The notes under the pieces are model-generated. The model worked only from the letters and a program-made list of their open reading frames with translations, was not told the DNA's origin and made no database searches. A stretch of 30,161 nt of DNA, from contig JBDRYB010000023.1 of assembly GCA_039803205.1 (NCBI GenBank), positions 1-30,161 on the forward strand, in the 5' to 3' direction. This document shows positions 18,901 through 25,821 of this stretch, in pieces (position 1 is the stretch's first letter; each line of letters opens with the position of its first letter). This stretch comes from a candidate division WOR-3 bacterium (GTDB lineage Bacteria; Hydrothermota; Hydrothermia; JBDRYB01). Both the position numbers and the translations under genes were made by a program.

Positions 18901-21900
18901 AAAATATGATTTGGTATCTTGGACAAGAGAAGATAAAGAATATACTGGGAAAGTTTATGAAATAGACTATGACCGCGACATAGCAAAAGTAAAACCCAGA
19001 GGCAAGAATAAACTGGTGGAAATTCCTATTGAAGAGCTTACCTTTAAGGAACGCAAACTGCTTCGTGAGGAACCTGAACAAGTTATCTTGGAAAAAATGC
19101 TGGCTAAACTATGGGAAGAGATAGGTGAGAAATATACCCCGGAACAGCTGATAGAAGGCACGCCCGAAGAAGCTGGTATAAGTATAGTAAGCGCTGAGGA
19201 GATTGCGGGGGAAAGAGAGAAAACTGCTGGAATTAGTGAAGAGCCATATGACGGATATATTATCATAGGGCGCTTTGATAATGCTGGTAGGCCTGACATA
19301 ACCGCGAGTGTGAAGGCTTACTTGATAGATCTAGCTGATGCCGAGAGAATATATGGCAGTGGAATATTAGCCAAGAAAGTCTTTGTTGGTGTAGGCGATC
19401 CTCTAAACTGGGAAGATTTTCAGAATAAAGTTAACCCTGGAGATGCATTAGAATGGGTTGATGAAGCGGGCAATATTGCTTATCTGAGAGTTTTGGAGAA
19501 AACACCGCTTGCCATTAAAGTTCAAGAATTTAAGAAGGTTATGAGCAAGAAAACCGGAAAAGTATTCTGGAAAACAGAAGAGCATTATATTAGACCCGGA
19601 GAACCTATGCTCTTACAGATTAGACGACATATTCCTGTCCCGGAAGAGGCCTGGCAGGGCTTTGAGGGATTTACTGATGATATAGCAACAAACCAACAAG
19701 TTTGGAGCGATGTAGTTAACAAGGCAAAAGATATACTGGACAAAAAAGATAAAGCTGGCACTCAATATTTGGGTTCATATCTTGCTGGAATTATGACGGC
19801 TATGCTATTGGCTGATGAGCTAAGTGATGATGACGAAACCATGTCCGAAGAGGATTGGAGAAAGGCGGTTAATTATGACCCTGCATGGTGGTATAAGAAA
19901 ATCCTTAAATTCCTCTCCCCAGGCGAAGGTGGCTGGGGCGAAATGGGCATTAAGATAGCCACTACGGCCTTGCTAGCTGGTGGTGGATTAAGATTACTTA
20001 GGGGAGTTCTAATAGGACAGAGACCATTTGAGACTGGTATAATCCCAGAGCAGGCACCCATTCATTTTATCAGGCAAATAGATAGGATTGTTCAGAGCCC
20101 TCTAGGAAAGCTAACACCAGAGCTCTGGCAAAGATTAACCGAAAATGCTAGTGATTTTGAGGCAATTGAAAGAACCATACGCGCTGAAGGAAAAGAGGGT
20201 GATAAGATAGCCTGGGAAAAGATAAAGGCCACTGGCGACCCGGGGGGAGTTAAGAAATTAGCTGAGACAGCCAGCAAGGTTAAGAGAATAATGAACATGC
20301 TGGCAAATTATGGCAATCTGATTGTAGCCTGTTCTGATAGCAAAAAGGAGATTTTAAGCAATATGATATATGGCGAGCCTGTTATATCTCCTGAAGGTAA
20401 AATTACGAGAAGCGGTGGATTAATACATATCCTAGAGTATCTCCAAGGAATTCCTCAGCTAACTCAAATGGGCGAAACACTAGCAAAAGCTGAGAACAGG
20501 CTAACGGATATGAAAGTTAGAGAAGCAGAATTAAATGAGCGTATAGCCCAGCTAGAAGCCAAACAAGCTACTGGCCAGTCCTTAACCCCTGAGGAAGCCC
20601 AGATGCTTACAAGCTTCCAACAAGAGATTGGCATACTACGGGAGGGAATTGGAGAAACACATAAAGCTATCACCAAATTCAAGAGAATAGTTGCTGAGAA
20701 AAACCCAGCTTTTATCAATTATGGCGTTCTGGTAGAACTCAGAAACTTACGCCTGCTTGAAGATGCTATGGGCTATTGGACAGAAAGGGAAAGCGAACTA
20801 GTAGGCAGGATACAAGAAGCAAGTAGTAGCGGGCCAGTGGGCGATATTCCTAGATTGATGACTGAATTGAGAGATGTTAGGAACATGATAAAGCAAATTG
20901 AGAGCAAGTGGGATGAGGTGAGAAAAGCTTACACTGGATTGCTGGGAACCGATCCTCTGGCAACCCCCCAAGAGATAGCCGAAGCATTAGTGAGGCAATT
21001 TCAAATTCCAGCCGAGGCTGAGACTATGTTAGGAGCATACATTAAAAGGTGGGTTGACATTGCTAAAGAGAATGGCGTGGTTATTGAAGATGTCTACGAG
21101 CACTATTATCCTGACTTCGTTGATCCCAAACTAGCTTCCCTGAGAACAATCAAAGCAATCAGCGAAATAAGATATGGCAAAAATGCCCTGGTCAGATTAA
21201 AAGGCGCCAATCCTTATCAAAGTCTGTTTCAGAAACCAGTCAAAGAGTATCAAATTCCTTTCTTTGAGCTGAACCAGACAGTTGAGGAAATGGTGAGATG
21301 GTTAGACAGCCTGGCGAATGCAATAGCCTATGATGGATTGATAAAAGAGATATACAAGCTGAACAGAGATGTAAATGATGTAGCCAGTGTTTTCACCGAA
21401 TTGAAAATTATGGACTTGGACGCTTCCACTTTTAGCAAATATTTGGACAATATCGCTCGCGAATTGCGTTTGCAACCCCGGATGGTTGCCCTGATAACAG
21501 ATCAGATTATTGACAACATATACAGCAGAATATTCAAGAAGTCTTCAAAATTTCAAAGAAGGAGAATAGAAGCTAAAGATTTATTGGCGGCCTTCAATAA
21601 TCTGTCCGTTAATGCTGTCTTAGGCACTATGAGAACTATGGCTATTAATATATTGGGTTCGTTCTTAATAGCAACACTTAGATTGCCATATTCAAGTTTT
21701 ATAAAAGGCGCCATGTCAAAACTAAGAGAAGTTGGACTTTCCCCTGAGGAAACTAGGCGTCTAATTGCCGAAAGAAATTTGGCCCTTTTGGCCGCTTACA
21801 GAGAAGGCACTTTCAACAAGCTAGGTGATTTCAATAGGATACCTATGCCAGTTGGGCTCTCATCTACGAACCCAGTAGAGACATACGCCAATATAGCCAA

Positions 21901-23656
21901 TAGACTAGCGGCAGATACTTATATGGGGCTTAGGGGGCTATTTAATAGCGGCCGGGGAAAACTCCTGCTCAATCATATCATACAACTGGGAGGCAATCTG
22001 TATGGTTTCTTTGAAATGCTGTCAAGAGACATACTTACCAAGTCAGTTAAAATGGATGCTCGGAAAGCAATTGAAAGTGGGCGTCCATGGGAAGAAATCA
22101 GAGATAAAATGGGAATTGACTGGGCCAGAATGGTGGAAGGCACTGAGACGAAATACAAATGGCTATATGAGGAAGCTCAGCGTGAGACTAACCCGGCTAT
22201 TAAGGCCACTATGCTTCAGCATTTCACAGAGAACCTGGCTAATGATGTGCTTTATCAGACGCAACACTTACATCCCCGTGGCGGCAACCCTCTAGTGCCT
22301 ATTACCAGAAGTGGGCCAATAATCGGAGGCCTTACAGCATTCTGGCAATTCCCCATAATGTTTATTGGCAACATAACGGATGCTCTGGCGTTTCATAATC
22401 CTAAGGTAAGCGCTAAGATGTTGGCCAGCTATTTGGGGGCCAGCTATATAGCTTGTAAGACTATTCAGCTGTTTACTGGTATTGACCTTTTGAAGCAATT
22501 TGCGCTGGGTGAGTGGTTCATGCCCACGCAGTATAACCTTTCAGCCCAACAGCCTTTATCGTTTGGGCCTTGGGCAGTTGGAGGCCCTACTTTTACGCCT
22601 ATGATAGATTGGACACTTTGGCTGATTATGGCTGGCCTTAAAAAAGAAGCTGATGCCAGGCAACTTGCTTCGTTTGTCAGCTATAACATGTTTCAGCTAC
22701 CCCCTGGCACCGGCGCTTTTGTCATAGGAGATTGGAAGTTTGATGGCCGGAATTTAATCTTCAAACAGACCAACCCTAGAACAGGCAAAGAGGAGATATA
22801 TTTCATACCGATTGGTATCCCTACTCAGTATGCTCCCCTGGGACAGCAGGCAAATGCTATTATCAAAACTATTACTGAGTGGAACCGAATAAATGATTTA
22901 GTCAGAAAAGGACAGCTCCCCGCTTATTTGGCTATACCCCCGGCTGGTTATCTTTCTCTTATGGCCGGTTTTGGGTCGTCATACTACAAAGGGACACCGC
23001 TGGGTGCAATAGATGCTTTACATCCTTTCTACGGGACTATGGGGGTCGATATTGCAACTCGCAGGACTATGATGAAGGAATTTAACCCTATGGTTTCGCT
23101 TAATCCTGTGGACTGGAAGAGGGCCGGGACATACCAGGTTCTAATGTCTAATTATCTGATGGGGATAGGAATTCCCCCAAAAGAACAAGTAGATATAGGG
23201 CTTCTGAGAAATTTGGACTGGGAATTTATGGCTTACGCCATGATAATGGGTTCGCCATTTGCTGAGAGTAGAGTAAAATTACCACGCTATTCTGGCAAAG
23301 CTATACCAAAAACAGAGGAAATTGGCTGGACAAGAGAACAGGGCAAGAAGGCCTTTAAGATTTTAATGCTCAACCGCGCTCAGGTGTATATGCTTGAGAA
23401 TGAAGGAAGAAGACTAACGCGCCGAGAAGAGGAGATAATTGAGGACTGGGTTGATCTGATGTTCGCTGAAGACCCTGAAGCAGAAATGATGAGACTGATG
23501 CGTGAGAGAGCAGTTGAACAATATACCAAGCAAACTCCCATACCAACATATGACAGGATTGACTTGCTTAGGAAGATATGGGAATATGGCACCAAGACCA
23601 TATTGGAGGATATAAAAATCCCGAAAACACCGGGCGCTCCTATACCACGCCCATAA
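15902..23656 (+). CDS. Giant internal virion/large polyvalent-type protein (2584 aa)
   Basis: Last large gene of the ejection cluster. Helical and coiled-coil segments, several hydrophobic stretches, SH3/KOW-like segments, and a C-terminal TQ...GGNP...GP...FWQFP region reminiscent of large phage polyvalent proteins. Confidence 0.7.
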   Translation: MTKTGGNIPSSGDTNFEFESFTSQPPQKSEPFKFRSFLTSPPSLPSAEAEEEEYHVIQTAHEIANSALPLTLEKMARYMALTDRSAETAPPDASNVYLPSYRIQIGEQPPQVYEGYLSRPVPPTPAEVELGLSGGSDISEVLKITDELTKAGNPPDPLVVSAAISVRMDRRKETLQGYLSGLQQYQRLIGVLAGAEPAGSDEIEPYPKLIVEGPWGNIKKLFTGELFTETGLETDEKDLAELYNWIKNGNLFKVITAMPTRAMVDLAHVGIGLYDLGASLYTGTLKAMAFGADMILGRAMEKMGLKPGTFTRAIHKYTDLPIFHVSTTLSREYYKTQLEEQEAILEIAYLDEAITPDEYRQAKEQLRALSSPTAIAQAVPAPGVAQNLWGLIAGIAGMYVDFVKNPVKYTLDHPGNVLLLAELTPKIAKIGAKNVAWIRDKAQQMKYKIYNKGKAGATAEATEIANAVKEAYERPASEGGKSLHEIISEVYEIGKKAEDTKIRLNRSIRQNLTPKYLSEHGITTELKPGEISDIEKLDVRLVEPLPTSIADITLARRLVEEPAKLKEFLEQFNKTHPEGIRIFRDTDGVLRPADLNSDVVVRVYQEILQSPDKIAQHGLVDIYPDLSGLPGFYGYRVKALLTGTKASEVMKSISGEYGEPTPDNPYVVGIVKGNDYHGAIQLLREKYRLEPLRASQIYGETFLKVHLGENLPLISEFVSPEFYGAVGELYSLPVVSKLISPGELVNLLYENSKANKIPNLSSPLQPLIRMLFEIEPRLDRFIERRSPKGTLYGEIEIAIPGSSKAIIDYLYNKSVKLDALRIRAEELKNTPENPEFEEVITEISAEKKEILRGLSDLVGKLKTRMEYSRLLEEVHLPSTIDWAIKDKIRGGQFAIFANPEMEIRLTGSTMIPLALKLKIKGWKGLEGILNKWQGVIRTDEPPGVKVNEEGQLLTPGLRDNIFYAMQYLKDMPGRIVEITTGNVKTLILRIRGTYRKYHIRKYDLVSWTREDKEYTGKVYEIDYDRDIAKVKPRGKNKLVEIPIEELTFKERKLLREEPEQVILEKMLAKLWEEIGEKYTPEQLIEGTPEEAGISIVSAEEIAGEREKTAGISEEPYDGYIIIGRFDNAGRPDITASVKAYLIDLADAERIYGSGILAKKVFVGVGDPLNWEDFQNKVNPGDALEWVDEAGNIAYLRVLEKTPLAIKVQEFKKVMSKKTGKVFWKTEEHYIRPGEPMLLQIRRHIPVPEEAWQGFEGFTDDIATNQQVWSDVVNKAKDILDKKDKAGTQYLGSYLAGIMTAMLLADELSDDDETMSEEDWRKAVNYDPAWWYKKILKFLSPGEGGWGEMGIKIATTALLAGGGLRLLRGVLIGQRPFETGIIPEQAPIHFIRQIDRIVQSPLGKLTPELWQRLTENASDFEAIERTIRAEGKEGDKIAWEKIKATGDPGGVKKLAETASKVKRIMNMLANYGNLIVACSDSKKEILSNMIYGEPVISPEGKITRSGGLIHILEYLQGIPQLTQMGETLAKAENRLTDMKVREAELNERIAQLEAKQATGQSLTPEEAQMLTSFQQEIGILREGIGETHKAITKFKRIVAEKNPAFINYGVLVELRNLRLLEDAMGYWTERESELVGRIQEASSSGPVGDIPRLMTELRDVRNMIKQIESKWDEVRKAYTGLLGTDPLATPQEIAEALVRQFQIPAEAETMLGAYIKRWVDIAKENGVVIEDVYEHYYPDFVDPKLASLRTIKAISEIRYGKNALVRLKGANPYQSLFQKPVKEYQIPFFELNQTVEEMVRWLDSLANAIAYDGLIKEIYKLNRDVNDVASVFTELKIMDLDASTFSKYLDNIARELRLQPRMVALITDQIIDNIYSRIFKKSSKFQRRRIEAKDLLAAFNNLSVNAVLGTMRTMAINILGSFLIATLRLPYSSFIKGAMSKLREVGLSPEETRRLIAERNLALLAAYREGTFNKLGDFNRIPMPVGLSSTNPVETYANIANRLAADTYMGLRGLFNSGRGKLLLNHIIQLGGNLYGFFEMLSRDILTKSVKMDARKAIESGRPWEEIRDKMGIDWARMVEGTETKYKWLYEEAQRETNPAIKATMLQHFTENLANDVLYQTQHLHPRGGNPLVPITRSGPIIGGLTAFWQFPIMFIGNITDALAFHNPKVSAKMLASYLGASYIACKTIQLFTGIDLLKQFALGEWFMPTQYNLSAQQPLSFGPWAVGGPTFTPMIDWTLWLIMAGLKKEADARQLASFVSYNMFQLPPGTGAFVIGDWKFDGRNLIFKQTNPRTGKEEIYFIPIGIPTQYAPLGQQANAIIKTITEWNRINDLVRKGQLPAYLAIPPAGYLSLMAGFGSSYYKGTPLGAIDALHPFYGTMGVDIATRRTMMKEFNPMVSLNPVDWKRAGTYQVLMSNYLMGIGIPPKEQVDIGLLRNLDWEFMAYAMIMGSPFAESRVKLPRYSGKAIPKTEEIGWTREQGKKAFKILMLNRAQVYMLENEGRRLTRREEEIIEDWVDLMFAEDPEAEMMRLMRERAVEQYTKQTPIPTYDRIDLLRKIWEYGTKTILEDIKIPKTPGAPIPRP

Positions 23657-23668
23657 AAGGAGGTTAAG

Positions 23669-23794
23669 ATGGCAAAGAAAACAAAAAAGAGAGGCAAGAG
23701 AAAGGGACGGTGGACTATAATCCCTCCCCAGAAACGCAAGAGGCGCCCCAGAAGGCGCAAGAGCACCATAGACAGAGAACAAAAGGAGGTATAA
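23669..23794 (+). CDS. Protamine-like basic mini-protein (41 aa, not in ORF track)
   Basis: MAKKTKKRGKRKGRWTIIPPQKRKRRPRRRKSTIDREQKEV, 20/41 K+R. Strong SD AAGGAGGT. Confidence 0.8.
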   Translation: MAKKTKKRGKRKGRWTIIPPQKRKRRPRRRKSTIDREQKEV

Positions 23795-23795
23795 T

Positions 23796-24032
23796 ATGGC
23801 CAGAAGAAAAAGAGGCAGGAAAGGTGGCCCTCTGACAGACATAGCAAGAAGCATAGAACGCCGTGGAACCAAAGGCGCTCTGCGCGCGGCCGCTAAAAGG
23901 GCTGGAGCACTGAATAAAGATGGCACCATAAAAGTCTCATGGCTAAGGGAAAAGGCCAAGAAAAGAGACCTGCTTGGCCGGCGTGCTCACATGGCACTGA
24001 TATTCAGGAAGCACAGGAAAAAGAAGAGGTGA
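23796..24032 (+). CDS. Small basic nucleic-acid-binding protein (78 aa)
   Basis: 29/78 K+R, strong SD AAGGAGGT. The KGAL...I...L...A.K...LGRRA..A..F pattern resembles small basic proteins I recall from environmental phages (not checked). Confidence 0.8.
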   Translation: MARRKRGRKGGPLTDIARSIERRGTKGALRAAAKRAGALNKDGTIKVSWLREKAKKRDLLGRRAHMALIFRKHRKKKR

Positions 24033-24035
24033 AAT

Positions 24036-24596
24036 ATGAGCAAGATAGATGATCTCACACCTACGCCTGAGATAGACTTATCATCTAGACCCCCTGGCTC
24101 AATTGACCTGTTACTTCAGTCTCAAGACCAGACAGGACAGGAACCGAAGACTTATTGGTCTGAGACCATGGTAAAACAGATACAGGATGAGATACGGGCT
24201 AAGGCTAAGATGTTCAAGAAAGGGACAGATGTAATAACGCCTCAACATCGTGTTCCTTTCTTTCTGAAGTATATCACCCTGCCGTTGGATGGACAACCTG
24301 CTGGTGGTTTGAGCCAGCTCCAGACCATACGGGCCGAGGTATATACGGATGACTTTGTAAAGGAACTAGCCCAGTATGCTCCTGAAGGTCTCACTGACCC
24401 TGCTACGCTGGCAAAAGCGCTCAGAGATGATCCGGAATTCCCGTTCTTCGTTATAGATGGTAAAATAACTTTTCTAACTGGGGAGGCGCAATCTAAGCGT
24501 TTTGATATGCCACCCCTATGGAAATGGGCGCAACCCTATAACCCCATTACCGAGGAAGAGGAGGAAGAAGAGGAAGAGGAACGCCAGGGAGAATAA
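24036..24596 (+). CDS. Hypothetical acidic protein with C-terminal poly-Glu (186 aa)
   Basis: SD GAGGTGA. Ends ...ITEEEEEEEEEERQGE; the ten Glu codons are a GAG/GAA mix (24552-24581). Confidence 0.8.
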   Translation: MSKIDDLTPTPEIDLSSRPPGSIDLLLQSQDQTGQEPKTYWSETMVKQIQDEIRAKAKMFKKGTDVITPQHRVPFFLKYITLPLDGQPAGGLSQLQTIRAEVYTDDFVKELAQYAPEGLTDPATLAKALRDDPEFPFFVIDGKITFLTGEAQSKRFDMPPLWKWAQPYNPITEEEEEEEEEERQGE

Positions 24597-24598
24597 GC

Positions 24599-24982
24599 TC
24601 AAGGGACACGCCATAGCTCGTCAATTTCAATAGGAGGCAAGCCAAAGCTCTCGCGTATAGCATTTACTTTGTGCCATATTATTATCAACTCAGTAGCGGT
24701 GGGCTCCTGAGTAAATGTTCCTCTTTCAAGGTCAAGATAACGCTCTATGCTCATTCCGAGCAATTGAGCGAACCTTATCGGCGATATAAAATGGCGCCCG
24801 GTGCGCTTAAAATCTAATCTGATACGCCCCAATTGACACCCATACTCGCATAGCCTTCTCAGCGGTGGTATATATGCTCTGGGTTTCCTCATTCTCTTTT
24901 TGGGTGGAGTAAGGCCTCTACGCTTTCCCTTTTTAATACCATATCCCTTTAAGGGCTCAGCCTTCGGTTTTCTTTTCCTCAT
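24599..24982 (-). CDS. XRE-family helix-turn-helix regulator with basic N-terminal tail (127 aa)
   Basis: LGRIRL...SPIRFAQLLGMSIERYLDLERG...EPT matches the XRE/cI-type HTH pattern. Divergent from the downstream operon. Confidence 0.75.
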   Translation of the reverse strand: MRKRKPKAEPLKGYGIKKGKRRGLTPPKKRMRKPRAYIPPLRRLCEYGCQLGRIRLDFKRTGRHFISPIRFAQLLGMSIERYLDLERGTFTQEPTATELIIIWHKVNAIRESFGLPPIEIDELWRVP

Positions 24983-25020
24983 ATGCTCATATTTTAATAT
25001 TCAACATCGTTGAAATTCAA
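24983..25020 (-). promoter_or_regulatory. Sigma70-type near-leaderless promoter with palindromic operator in the spacer
   Basis: Minus strand: TTGAAT (25020-25015), 18 nt, TAAAAT (24996-24991), 8 nt, ATG. TTCAAC-atc-GTTGAA at 25000-25014. Confidence 0.65.
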
Positions 25021-25229
25021 ATCCAATCAAAGACCTTAGAAATTTATTTTTCTTACCAGGGCGTCCCCGAATATCAACTTTGCATATATATTTGAATATT
25101 TGAAACCGAAATTGTGTTCGGCGAGGGCGTTTATGGAAAAGAGCCTTTTTGCCCTAAAGGGCTATGCTTTAATAAATGAACCCAAAGGCCGTAGGGGCGT
25201 AAGCCCTGAATAAACAAAGGAGGTGTAAG

Positions 25230-25412
25230 ATGTTTGGCAAAACTAAACTACTAATCCATCTCATGACTGAAATATGTGAGCTCATGCGCAATATCAATAA
25301 AAGCATGAGCGAACCACTGGAAGTATATGAGAACTGGGAGCCGCCACGCATAAATATGTTCCCCTTTGATAGCAACATAATACAAAAGGAGGACAACGAT
25401 GAGCACGAGTGA
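25230..25412 (+). CDS. Hypothetical protein (60 aa)
   Basis: Strong SD AAGGAGGTG. First gene of the rightward early-type unit. Confidence 0.65.
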   Translation: MFGKTKLLIHLMTEICELMRNINKSMSEPLEVYENWEPPRINMFPFDSNIIQKEDNDEHE

Positions 25413-25818
25413 ATATATTCAACTGATTAAGGCCTTTCTGAATAATGTGGGCAGTAAAGGTAAGCCTCAACATAGGCAGGCCAGATATGCTATGGCAAGG
25501 TATATCTGTGAATGTCTGTGGAAAGGCCAACCTTTATATCTGGCTCATATCTATACGATTGCTGGCCGAAAAGCGAATGGATATACAGGACGGCGCAAGA
25601 GTTTGTGGGCCGCTTTTAACCAGGTTCTCAATCATGCGCTACATATGGGTGTTCTGGAAAGTTATCAGACTTACTATATTCTGACATCTAAAAGGAAAAT
25701 CAGGGTTATCCTCAGGCTTATACCGCCTGCTGGAACCCGTGAAGTGGCTCAAGTGTCAGCGAATTGGTATGCCTCTATTGAAGAGGCTAAGCTGGCACTC
25801 ATAAACCAAAGGAGGTGA
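25399..25818 (+). CDS. Hypothetical basic protein, possible winged-helix (139 aa)
   Basis: SD AAGGAGG. Helices followed by L..A...GVLESY and a beta hairpin. The fold call is tentative. Confidence 0.55.
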   Translation: MSTSEYIQLIKAFLNNVGSKGKPQHRQARYAMARYICECLWKGQPLYLAHIYTIAGRKANGYTGRRKSLWAAFNQVLNHALHMGVLESYQTYYILTSKRKIRVILRLIPPAGTREVAQVSANWYASIEEAKLALINQRR

Positions 25819-25821
25819 AAC

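Noticed and set aside
18965..18979. DYDRD in the giant protein as a virion RNA polymerase DxDxD motif
   Set aside because: It lies in a turn of a KOW/SH3-like beta pattern, and I saw no supporting double-psi-barrel polymerase context.
23380..23959. Antisense ORFs of 155 and 181 aa, and similar shadows such as 85-483, 5656-6249 and 17137-17622
   Set aside because: They lie opposite well-supported genes, have no evident RBS, and their composition mostly mirrors the coding strand.
1122..24982. Basic N-terminal tails as nuclear localisation signals, or an archaeal host
   Set aside because: SD sites and operon coupling indicate a prokaryotic host, and -35/-10 boxes 6-8 nt before the starts fit bacterial rather than archaeal TATA spacing.
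25151..25162. GCCCTAAAGGGC as a lambda-type nut boxB
   Set aside because: The loop differs from boxB, no boxA is nearby and no N-like gene was identified. Kept only as a generic hairpin.
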